Virus record (IMG/VR): IMGVR_UViG_3300016665_000137
Coordinates: 1-30,577 of that record
Direction: 5' to 3' (one strand)
Length of the DNA: 30,577 nucleotides
From: a virus
Taxonomy: Duplodnaviria > Caudoviricetes
Positions 9,387-18,068 of this stretch are shown in pieces (the first letter of the stretch is position 1; the number at the start of each line of letters is the position of its first letter). Below the pieces are notes generated by a model that was not told where the DNA came from, made no database searches, and saw only the letters and a program-made list of their open reading frames with translations. The translations under genes were made by a program, and so were the position numbers.

Positions 9387-12314
9387 TTAACTAAAAGTCC
9401 TTGCAGACCCCATTTTATTAAGCCCTTGTTTAATGCCCACTTCAATAGCTAATCCGGAAAGTTGATAGCCTTCTCCCACGGTATCAGATTGAGAATCATA
9501 GAAAGTAAACTGAATGGCTTCGCACTTCTGCCGTGGTACCTGGTAGCGGAATTGATAAAGCGGGTAATTGCCACCGTACACTACCTCAGATCCGTATGGG
9601 CTCACATCTCCATAGTTTGGCACATTCATCAAAGAGTAAGCATCCACAACAACCGATGAAGCCTCATAAGGATTAAAGTCATACGCCACCGACATGACCA
9701 ATTTGTGTTTAGACGCATAATTTCCAATTACAAGGGCTTTGTAAATGCGCTGAAATCCTTCAAATTGTGCGAGCGAAAACCACGAGGTGACAATTTTCAT
9801 TACGATTGGCGATCCATTATCCGAATAGCCTTCATTTTCTAACCACACCTTTCCATCGGTGCGAATATAAACATATTTGTCCCGCCAGTTAGTAGCATCA
9901 AAAAGGTATTTGTGGTTGGTGAATGTAGACCATTGGCCCACCAGGTAATCGTAAACAAGCACTACACCATTATCGAGCGCAAACCGTACCTGATTTCTGT
10001 TCGACATGAGGGTTGCCGAGTAAATGGTGTTAGAATTCCATGCCTCAACATCCTTGCCAATGTATTCAATGTTCAAGCCCCTGTTGAGAAGATAAATTCC
10101 CTTATTGGATTTATACATAAGGCCCAATGGCATAGAAACTACCGATGATGAGTCCACGCAACCGCCATCGGTTGTAATAAGTTGAGGCTCACCGTAATCA
10201 TTTTGGGCTCCAGTAGCGTCAGGGCCTTCGCCGATCATGTAAAAAATGGCGTTTTCTTTAAAGAATACCACCTTGTCATCAAGGGCGGTAATGGCAGTAA
10301 TCCTGCCGCCTCTACGATCAATTTCAAAAGCCTGTTGATCATAAAATTCTACGGGCAGGTTTGCTGAGATTGCTTTGGAGTAATTGTAAGCATACGGATT
10401 TTCTGCGGGCACATAGAAGATCCGGCCACGAACATTGGTGATCAAATTGGTAGATTCCGATTGGGTGTTGTCCATTACCCCACCCGTTGTGTAAAGGAGC
10501 GGGCGGCCTACCAAACTAACATCGGACACATTATCAACAAAGGTCACCGTATCCACCGTGGTATCGTTGTAGGTAGGATTCGTTACATAGCTAGATACTT
10601 GGTAAAAAATTGAGCCGTTTACGGTTGTGCGATACACCACACACTGAACCGGGCTTCGGGATCCTTTCTTTTCGGTCAAACGAAGGGTTGGAATGGTCAG
10701 GGTGTTCTGTTTGTTGTTCCCCGTGCTAACGAATGTGACCGGCACCGAGGTTGTGGAGCGATGGATTTGACCAAAGTTGTCGAACCATTCATAGGTGACA
10801 ATGTATTGGCGGGATCCTGCTTCCATGTTTCCAGTCCCGGTTTCCGCCACAGTAAAATTCTCAGGATAGTAATTGAAAGAATGCTCAACAAAGGACACCC
10901 CATCATACATTTGTATGATTCCACCGGTAACATGAAGATTGTTAGCCAGTTGCGAATCCTGGAATGAGTTATCGTTGTTAAATGTAATCATGGCATCGGA
11001 CACACCGGTTTGCGTGTAGACCGTACCTGATACAGCATCAAGCAAATCCTTTTTGGTGATGGCAAAATGATAATTCAGGCCATCATTTGTAATCATATTG
11101 GCCAACATATTATTGACCACCGTTCCACCTGCCAATTGGTGAGCTACCTTGGCAACCACCACGCCGGATCCATTGGCCAAAAAGATAGTTGGCTGAAGGG
11201 CGGAGTCATAAACCGTGGCAACATACTTGATGCCTGAAAAAATAAATGCTTTTGAGCACAAAGATACCGAGCGAAGGAATACTCCGGTGCCAGAAACCGT
11301 TCCGCCAATGGTAATGTCGGATTTGCGAATCAGGTTGTTATATGTAGCCGCCGCCGTTTGCGTGTAATACAGGGTGCCGGATCCATTATTCATCACACCA
11401 GTGATGTTTTTAATGTTAGCCACGGTTTCAACCGAGGTTGGTGCCAACACCTGCACCAACGCATAGCTCCGGATCAGATATTTCACCGCCGTTCCGTTGT
11501 AATAACCTACGATGGCATTGTTGGAAGCATCTCCAAAGATTGTGATGCATCCATTGGCATTCTCGCCAGAGATTGTGGTTGTCGAGGAAGCCTGGAGGAA
11601 CGCATTGAGATATAATACGCCGATCGACGAGGCATTGGTATTGAACGCAACAAATGCCCGGTCACCGATGGCACAAGCATCAAAATTTGGGTTGGTTGTG
11701 CTTGGAGCGCCAATTTCAATCGCCGCAAGAGGTGCCGATGGATTCAATACCGGAATCGGAACGCATCGAATACGCTGAAGTACAGAATCATAGAAGAACA
11801 GCAATACATATTGCCCGCAAACCACGGGCTTCACCTTTGATGCGTTAATGTTCAGCAAAGCATCATTGACCACGATTTGATCCGTGGATTCATCCACACA
11901 AGTATATCTAGATCCGCCCCTGGAATCATCCCAGGTATAAACCTCAAGCCCCGAAGGATGAACCACCGAGTCCGCATTGGTCTGTTGGTAGGTATTCCGA
12001 ATGACCGGGCTTGAAGTCATGGCAATGACATTCAAAGCGCCCTTGTTAGTCATGGAATCAAGAGATGGAGCATAGGAATAAGCGGTTGTTCCATCATACA
12101 CCAACAATTCTTCTTGGAATGTAGTCACGGAATTGCCGGTTGTAAGATTGCCGCCGAGCTGTTGATAGCCGTTTCTTTTAATCACCTTCCCTATTTTGGT
12201 AAGAAGTCCATTTTCCAAAGACAAGAGCTTCCCCGGAACGACTTGCTTGTCGTCTGTTTTGGTGTCCACACCACCGAGGAAGCTAATGTTAAATTTTTGC
12301 TTTTGTAGAGGCAT
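9387..12314 (-). CDS. Tail nozzle / tail tubular protein B-like (975 aa)
   Basis: N-terminus FLGGVDTKTD...LENG...KRNG; beta-propeller-like repeats (GGRITAITALDDKVVFFKENAIFY; VLVYDYLVGQWS); position before the ejection genes. Confidence 0.75.
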   Translation of the reverse strand: MPLQKQKFNISFLGGVDTKTDDKQVVPGKLLSLENGLLTKIGKVIKRNGYQQLGGNLTTGNSVTTFQEELLVYDGTTAYSYAPSLDSMTNKGALNVIAMTSSPVIRNTYQQTNADSVVHPSGLEVYTWDDSRGGSRYTCVDESTDQIVVNDALLNINASKVKPVVCGQYVLLFFYDSVLQRIRCVPIPVLNPSAPLAAIEIGAPSTTNPNFDACAIGDRAFVAFNTNASSIGVLYLNAFLQASSTTTISGENANGCITIFGDASNNAIVGYYNGTAVKYLIRSYALVQVLAPTSVETVANIKNITGVMNNGSGTLYYTQTAAATYNNLIRKSDITIGGTVSGTGVFLRSVSLCSKAFIFSGIKYVATVYDSALQPTIFLANGSGVVVAKVAHQLAGGTVVNNMLANMITNDGLNYHFAITKKDLLDAVSGTVYTQTGVSDAMITFNNDNSFQDSQLANNLHVTGGIIQMYDGVSFVEHSFNYYPENFTVAETGTGNMEAGSRQYIVTYEWFDNFGQIHRSTTSVPVTFVSTGNNKQNTLTIPTLRLTEKKGSRSPVQCVVYRTTVNGSIFYQVSSYVTNPTYNDTTVDTVTFVDNVSDVSLVGRPLLYTTGGVMDNTQSESTNLITNVRGRIFYVPAENPYAYNYSKAISANLPVEFYDQQAFEIDRRGGRITAITALDDKVVFFKENAIFYMIGEGPDATGAQNDYGEPQLITTDGGCVDSSSVVSMPLGLMYKSNKGIYLLNRGLNIEYIGKDVEAWNSNTIYSATLMSNRNQVRFALDNGVVLVYDYLVGQWSTFTNHKYLFDATNWRDKYVYIRTDGKVWLENEGYSDNGSPIVMKIVTSWFSLAQFEGFQRIYKALVIGNYASKHKLVMSVAYDFNPYEASSVVVDAYSLMNVPNYGDVSPYGSEVVYGGNYPLYQFRYQVPRQKCEAIQFTFYDSQSDTVGEGYQLSGLAIEVGIKQGLNKMGSARTFS

Positions 12315-12316
12315 GA

Positions 12317-12649
12317 TTATGGAGAGTTGATAAATTCAACGCCAACGCAATAGATGGATCCACTTGTACTTTCTAATGTTGAACTTGACCATGATACGCT
12401 TTGGCTCGGCCCGACATAAAAAGCAAACCCCCCAAAAGCGGCGGCGGTACCTGTTTGTACCATTACTTGTCTACCGCCAATGGTAAAAGTTATATTACCA
12501 CTTGTTGTAACCTTACCTAATTGTACAACCGCATATCCTGTTGATGGAGCAGTATATAAAGTTCCAGAACTTGTTAAACCGCCACCAAATGCCCCGTTTA
12601 CAGCGCCGTTTACTTTTAAAGTTGTTCCTGTGACGACCGTTGTAGCCAT
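12317..12649 (-). CDS. Small beta-rich tail/fibre-associated protein
   Basis: 110 aa, T/G/S-rich, LYTAPS motif, AGGAG RBS, follows the fibre gene. Confidence 0.6.
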   Translation of the reverse strand: MATTVVTGTTLKVNGAVNGAFGGGLTSSGTLYTAPSTGYAVVQLGKVTTSGNITFTIGGRQVMVQTGTAAAFGGFAFYVGPSQSVSWSSSTLESTSGSIYCVGVEFINSP

Positions 12650-12661
12650 AATTTATCTCCT

Positions 12662-13972
12662 TTAAGCCTTAATGTAATAAATACGAATATGGGCATCAGT
12701 TGCACCCGTATTCATAGATGTTAACAAATCCCATCGAATGACAGAACCCGCCGAAATGTTAGTAACAGACAGAACCGGCTTGGTCACCCCAGCCTGGGAA
12801 GCAACCAATGATCCTGAATCAGTATATGCACCCGTTCTTGTGCGAAGAGTAATCGTGCCAGTTGCTGGAGTTGCAAGACCCGATGGCACCGTATAGGTGA
12901 AGCTATTTGTGGTGAATCCGGTGACCGTAAAGGTGCCGTTGTAGCCCGCAGGAGTAGCGCCCGCAATCGTGATAGAATCACCCGTAACAAATCCATGCCC
13001 GTTCAAAGCCACCGTTGCAACCGTTCCAGAGCTTGTAAGAGCACCCGCCGAAAGGGTTGTGGTAGCGGCAATTTTGCCAGTAGTTGAGAAGATTGTGGCC
13101 CAGGATCCGCTTGGGCTTGTCTTATACTTCAGATCAAATTCGGTTGTTCCGGTTGTCCCGTTGGTGGCCGTGTAAATCCAAATGCCTGTAATGGTCAGGT
13201 TGTATGGAGCAAAAAATGTCGAATCAATATCGTTTTGAGGATAGCTCAATGCCGCATAAGCACCATTCAATTCCCATGCGTGTTCGCCAGACACCACGCT
13301 TGCCGTAAGCTGGTTGGATACAATCTTGATGCTCGTGCCATCTACTGTCCACGGAGCGGCAATATTTCCGCCAGAGTCCAAAGTCATGAAGCTCTGTGAT
13401 GCCGGAAGAGCTACAGGCAAAGTTAAATCAATGTTAGTAGCCATTGAGTTTGAAGCATTCAAACCCACATAAAATGCACCCGCAGAAGGAAACCGAACTT
13501 TTACCGATCCCACATCCAGGGTTGCATTCACATTGTTGGAACGCCAAAAGGTAAATGTGTTGGCAAGGGAAGTGTAAAATACCGATGCTGTAGATGTAGC
13601 GTAATCTCCACCAATCCCCCCAATTGAGGTAGCGTTAAGAGCGCCGCCAATCGTCAATTGAACCTGGGCACCTGCACCGCTATTCCAGTAAAGATTGCCG
13701 TTCACATTGTAAAGGCACCCGAGATCTGTTCCCAATGACAACACCGAAGGATTCGAGGCAAACCGAACGCTTCTCAGGGTTGTTGCGTTATAGCTGTTAA
13801 AGGTCAAATCACCGTTGATGTTAATGCCAGATGATGGAATCTGAACGCCATTTCCTGAAGTATGATTGTGCGAGTCTACGGTTGAGAGAGCCGTATTGAT
13901 GTCACTTGCCCATTGCGGCCCTGGAGTTGTGGATACCGTTGGGAGGGATAAATTCATGTTTGGAGTTGCCAT
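12662..13972 (-). CDS. Tail fibre / spike protein (436 aa)
   Basis: N-terminal TPNMNLSLP...GPQWASDINTALSTVDSHNH attachment-type segment; T/S/G-rich beta sequence; located in the tail module. Confidence 0.7.
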   Translation of the reverse strand: MATPNMNLSLPTVSTTPGPQWASDINTALSTVDSHNHTSGNGVQIPSSGININGDLTFNSYNATTLRSVRFASNPSVLSLGTDLGCLYNVNGNLYWNSGAGAQVQLTIGGALNATSIGGIGGDYATSTASVFYTSLANTFTFWRSNNVNATLDVGSVKVRFPSAGAFYVGLNASNSMATNIDLTLPVALPASQSFMTLDSGGNIAAPWTVDGTSIKIVSNQLTASVVSGEHAWELNGAYAALSYPQNDIDSTFFAPYNLTITGIWIYTATNGTTGTTEFDLKYKTSPSGSWATIFSTTGKIAATTTLSAGALTSSGTVATVALNGHGFVTGDSITIAGATPAGYNGTFTVTGFTTNSFTYTVPSGLATPATGTITLRTRTGAYTDSGSLVASQAGVTKPVLSVTNISAGSVIRWDLLTSMNTGATDAHIRIYYIKA

Positions 13973-13981
13973 CTAATTCTC

Positions 13982-14293
13982 CTAAAAAAAGTATATATCC
14001 ACTGTGACTGCTGAATCAGAGTTTATCACAATGTTTCTCGTTGGTGTTGGATTTGAGTCCTGTTTATCGTAAAAATTCCCGGCTCCCCGCTTCCGCACCA
14101 CAATCCACCCGATGGGAGCCCGCCCGAGCTTATGATCCACAATGTTATCCCCCACATTCAACGCCACTTTGGATACAATGTTGTAATCCAGAATCACTGA
14201 GGTCAACACCGAATTGAATCCATCGGCCACATTATCCTGGAGCCGGTTTAGTTCAGTATTCGAGGCATTGAAGGTTTTGAACTTGCCAAGCAC
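13982..14293 (-). CDS. Small tail structural protein
   Basis: 103 aa (GTG start), VDHKLGRAPIGWIVV motif, between adaptor and fibre genes. Confidence 0.6.
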   Translation of the reverse strand: MLGKFKTFNASNTELNRLQDNVADGFNSVLTSVILDYNIVSKVALNVGDNIVDHKLGRAPIGWIVVRKRGAGNFYDKQDSNPTPTRNIVINSDSAVTVDIYFF

Positions 14294-15025
14294 TTAGAAA
14301 ACCCCCCAGGCTCCAGAATACGGGTAGAAGCTGTTGGAAGATTGGGCATCGGCCACCGTGCCAGGCATCCCGGCATCACGATTTTGAGCCATGGCCTGGA
14401 TCCTCTGAAGGAGCGCCTGTTTTTGTGCCATGAGCACCGATACATCCGATTCTTCTTTCTGAAGCATCTTGATGGCGGCATCCACAATGATGTATTCCGT
14501 CCATCCGGACACCCCCTGAACCTGATCGGAGTCGGCGGAGAGGGTTGTCATTGTCGGAACATAGAAAATCCGAATAGTTTGGTTGATTTGAGGGAGCGGA
14601 ACAAGCCAGAGTTGGTCACCTTGGATCCGATAGCGCAGGTTAGTAATACCAAAATAAAGCTGAGTATTCGGTACAGCAAATTTGTTGCGCTCCGCAAATG
14701 GGAATTCCTTTAGAGTCCACCAGGCATTGTTTGCCACCGGGCTCGATACCTGCACATCCACGCCAAGCACCTTGTAGCAATCGGCAGGTAGGTTGAAAAA
14801 CTGATTCACTCCATCAGTGTTGATATAGTAGGGGCTTGCGACGAAATAGTTCTCGCCGTAAGCCCCCACCAGAATGTCGTAAAGCTCAAAGTAAGATTGG
14901 TTAATAAACGAATTCAGCGCCGAATCAGTAATGAACGCATTGGTGTAATCACCGCTTTGGTTCTTCATGTCGGCTCGTTCCCGAGCCGCATTCCTTAATT
15001 CCGCCAATGTCATCGTCGTTGCCAT
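14294..15025 (-). CDS. Head-tail adaptor / tail tubular protein A-like
   Basis: TLAELRNAARERADM...LNSFINQSYFELYD helical start, central beta region (LPADCYKV), helical end; synteny. Confidence 0.75.
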   Translation of the reverse strand: MATTMTLAELRNAARERADMKNQSGDYTNAFITDSALNSFINQSYFELYDILVGAYGENYFVASPYYINTDGVNQFFNLPADCYKVLGVDVQVSSPVANNAWWTLKEFPFAERNKFAVPNTQLYFGITNLRYRIQGDQLWLVPLPQINQTIRIFYVPTMTTLSADSDQVQGVSGWTEYIIVDAAIKMLQKEESDVSVLMAQKQALLQRIQAMAQNRDAGMPGTVADAQSSNSFYPYSGAWGVF

Positions 15026-15041
15026 TCTTACTTATCCTTCC

Positions 15042-15314
15042 TTACTCTTCTTCGCCTTCTTCTTCCTCGCCAATGTGCTCCCCTTCTTTGTGGGGTTGGG
15101 AGTCGAAGTAATTAAATGCCGCTTCGAGAGCCTCTGCAAGCAACACTTTGTCCTTCTTTGCAATTGCGTCCAGAACATCCTGGGCAATCTCGTACTCTTC
15201 ACCGGATTCGGAAGCCTCTTCCATCTCTTCCATCTCCGGCATTTCCTTCTCCATTGGCTTTTTAGAGCCAATTTTCGCCATAATAATGGCGGCCAAGGGT
15301 TTCTTTGGTTTCAT
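15042..15314 (-). CDS. Acidic small hypothetical protein (head module)
   Basis: AGGTGG precedes ATG 15314 (track starts at GTG 15323); basic N-terminus, Glu-rich body and tail. Confidence 0.6.
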   Translation of the reverse strand: MKPKKPLAAIIMAKIGSKKPMEKEMPEMEEMEEASESGEEYEIAQDVLDAIAKKDKVLLAEALEAAFNYFDSQPHKEGEHIGEEEEGEEE

Positions 15315-15326
15315 GTTAGCCACCTA

Positions 15327-15743
15327 TTAAGGAGCAACAGAATCACCAAAGATGAATTGGAAGTATCCAATTTCACCAGAGGCAGGATCCGTAGCAGTAC
15401 CTGCGGCATTCATCACGATTTGGATGGAAGCCTGGGAGTTGCTGGAGGTGTTATCCGCTTTGATATACATACCAGGAGCGGCAGGAGCCGAAGCACCAGA
15501 GTTGAGAACAACACCAGCACTCAAGAGCTTCACATAGCTATCTTTTTGAAGAGATACGCCAGAGCCCGATCCGAATACAAAAGTATAAGTTCCTGCGCTG
15601 TTACGAGTAACAGACAGAACCCCTTTGGAGTTAGAAGCGGAGAGCGTAGGCGCTCCGGTTGCTCCAAAAGCTACTTTTGCATAGATCGAGGTGACCCGCT
15701 TTTCCTGAGTCAGTTGGAATTGATTGTTATACCGATTTGCCAT
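15327..15743 (-). CDS. Putative capsid decoration / head fibre protein
   Basis: AGAAGGA RBS before ATG 15743; beta-rich 138 aa immediately after the capsid gene. Confidence 0.55.
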   Translation of the reverse strand: MANRYNNQFQLTQEKRVTSIYAKVAFGATGAPTLSASNSKGVLSVTRNSAGTYTFVFGSGSGVSLQKDSYVKLLSAGVVLNSGASAPAAPGMYIKADNTSSNSQASIQIVMNAAGTATDPASGEIGYFQFIFGDSVAP

Positions 15744-15807
15744 TTTGTTTTCCTTCTGTGGACTAGCCACATGGGCGGTTTAATTTTGTGCTATGCCCCC
15801 ATCACAC

Positions 15808-15845
15808 AAAATAAGGCTCCCCCATGCAGTACACGAGGGAGCCCT
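15808..15845 (-). terminator. Hairpin after the major capsid gene (weak intrinsic terminator or stabiliser)
   Basis: AGGGCTCCCTCGTGT-ACT-GCATGGGGGAGCCTT: 15-bp stem with G-U pairs, followed by ATTTT. Confidence 0.6.
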
Positions 15846-15852
15846 GATTTAA

Positions 15853-17091
15853 TTAGGCAGAGAGTTTGATAACGCCGTTGTATGCAGGAGCAGAGCAAAC
15901 GAGGTTAGCATAGTAACCAACACGAAGCTCGGCGGCATCGGCGTTAGACACCCGGAGAACTTCCAGACCTTCTGCACCGTAGGTGAGGATCTGAGGAGCA
16001 TCGCCGAGGGAGATGAGCTTCCAAGTATCCATTTGGAGAGCATATCCGAGGTATGCAGGACAGTTACGATCCTGGAGTACCTTCACGGTCATGCCGCTCA
16101 TTTGGATTTCGAGAGCCTTGAAGCCCACTACAGCACGGTAATCCTTACCCATTTCAGCCGCAAGCTCAACAATCTGAGCCTTAGAGCCGAGCGCCTTTTG
16201 GAGCGCCACATAGGAGTTAGGGTTGGTGATGAAGTAATCAGGAGCGCCATCGTTGATAGCGATCTGGGCCAGGAAATCCTGAAGCCCTTCTTCGATAGAC
16301 TGATTGGAGGCATCCTTGCGGTTGCCGGCCAAACGGACGCTATCAACAGAACGATCAACGCCATACCAGTTGTCACCGGCAGTAGGAGCCGTGAACGGCA
16401 ACCAACCGGAAAGTCCGGAGATTTTGGCATTGTTATCGCCCTGAACGAGCAGGAAGTCGTTTCCTACCCATCCAGAAGGAGTACCGGCAACGCCACCCAG
16501 AGTAGCGGAAACGGTCACAGTCCCGCCGGAACGGTCAACAGAGATAACATATCCAAGAGCGGCACGAGGAGTACCACCGTCAGTTGCGTTAGCCTGGAGA
16601 ACCATGCCGATTTCAAACTGAACCACATCGAGAGCATTCGACAGGGTGATAACACCCGAGGTGATGCTTCCGATGTTACCGATTGAACCGGTGCCGGAAC
16701 GGAAAAGGGCAGAGCCGAGAGAGTTTTTGATTGAACGGATAGCACCGTCAACCTGAACTTTAGCGGCATTGATGAACGCTTGCTTGTCGGTACGAGCCGA
16801 AAGCAAGGTCTTGTTGTCCAGGGTAGCAAGCGAGTAATCGCTCGCCAGAGTCACCAGGAATTCCCGGAAAGAAGGGGAGGTCTGGTTGTTCTGAGCGGTC
16901 GAGAATGTGCTCGAACGGCCCTGAGAAACACCAATCTGAACGGGTTGCGGGTAGTATTTACCACCGGCATCGGTCATCTTGGGCATCATTGCGAGGGTTG
17001 GGTTGGTCTTATATACTTCGTTCAGAACTTTCTGATCGTCGTACAGTTCTTTCAACACCGGGTTAAGCGATGTTAAGTCAATATTAGCCAT
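15853..17091 (-). CDS. Major capsid protein
   Basis: 412 aa, AAGGAG RBS, order portal-scaffold-capsid, N-terminal LKELY, C-terminal RVGYYANLVCSAPAYNGVI consistent with an HK97-fold end. Confidence 0.85.
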   Translation of the reverse strand: MANIDLTSLNPVLKELYDDQKVLNEVYKTNPTLAMMPKMTDAGGKYYPQPVQIGVSQGRSSTFSTAQNNQTSPSFREFLVTLASDYSLATLDNKTLLSARTDKQAFINAAKVQVDGAIRSIKNSLGSALFRSGTGSIGNIGSITSGVITLSNALDVVQFEIGMVLQANATDGGTPRAALGYVISVDRSGGTVTVSATLGGVAGTPSGWVGNDFLLVQGDNNAKISGLSGWLPFTAPTAGDNWYGVDRSVDSVRLAGNRKDASNQSIEEGLQDFLAQIAINDGAPDYFITNPNSYVALQKALGSKAQIVELAAEMGKDYRAVVGFKALEIQMSGMTVKVLQDRNCPAYLGYALQMDTWKLISLGDAPQILTYGAEGLEVLRVSNADAAELRVGYYANLVCSAPAYNGVIKLSA

Positions 17092-17213
17092 GATTTATCT
17101 CCTTTATGAGTAATGGCGGATTAAAGAAAAAAATTACCTGTTTTCTCTGATCTCATACTCAGCGGACGAATAATCACTGCAAAAGCAAAAAGATTGCTTG
17201 ATTAAAGTTTAAT

Positions 17214-18059
17214 CTATTTACTTAAAAGCGCAAGAGCATTTCTTATACGCTCCTCATCGGTCTTAGGAGCCTTTTTATCCTTAGCGGGGGTTTGGGCGTG
17301 GAGTTGGCTCGAAAGAGTCTTAGGCGGCGTTTTAGGCGCTACAGGAGCCCCTAGCTTTTTCTTCCCAATGTTGGTCTTAACAACCACATCCAGGAGCTTT
17401 TCAACCTCGCCGAGCATCTCACGGGCCACATCGTCAATCTGAAGCACTTCCCCGGTGCGGTTGTAGTGATCATTGATCTTATTAAAAATGTTGTCCTGCA
17501 TATCCAAAGCAGTCAGGGCATCAAAGTCAGGATTCTTGGAAAGGTGAGTTTTGATTGCCTCAATAGCCTGGGCATTGGTCTTTTGAGATTCCTGCTCAAG
17601 CATCTTGGCCTCATACTCGGCCTTTTGGCGGCGCTCTGCTTCCAGTTGGGCTTCCAAGGCTCGAACCTTCTCTTCCACACCCTTGATCATGAGATCCGGG
17701 GTTGGCTTCTGGTCATTTAAAAGGAATTGGGCGGCATCCTCATAGCTATAACCAAATGCTTCCAGAGCCTTGAGGGGGTTTTTTGCTTCCTTGATGGCTT
17801 GTTGCTGTTCACGCCACTTGGCCACTTCCGCCTTCTCTGCTTCGATCCGGGCCATTTCTTTTTTAAGCTCTGCTTCCTTAGCGGATAGGGCTTTACGCTC
17901 CCGATTCAGGGCCGAGAACCGCTTAGAGAACGATTCCTGGGAGGTTGGATCCGCCTTGCCATCGGGCTTGGCTTCCGATGCGGGAGCCTGGGGATCTGAT
18001 TGTGTCGATTCAACGGCGTGGTTCACCACGGCTTCCATTGCTTGTGCTTCAGTATTCAT
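17214..18059 (-). CDS. Capsid scaffolding protein
   Basis: 281 aa charged coiled coil, disordered N-terminus, C-terminal PKTLS...EERIRNALALL helix; between portal and capsid. Confidence 0.8.
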   Translation of the reverse strand: MNTEAQAMEAVVNHAVESTQSDPQAPASEAKPDGKADPTSQESFSKRFSALNRERKALSAKEAELKKEMARIEAEKAEVAKWREQQQAIKEAKNPLKALEAFGYSYEDAAQFLLNDQKPTPDLMIKGVEEKVRALEAQLEAERRQKAEYEAKMLEQESQKTNAQAIEAIKTHLSKNPDFDALTALDMQDNIFNKINDHYNRTGEVLQIDDVAREMLGEVEKLLDVVVKTNIGKKKLGAPVAPKTPPKTLSSQLHAQTPAKDKKAPKTDEERIRNALALLSK

Positions 18060-18068
18060 GCTTATTCC

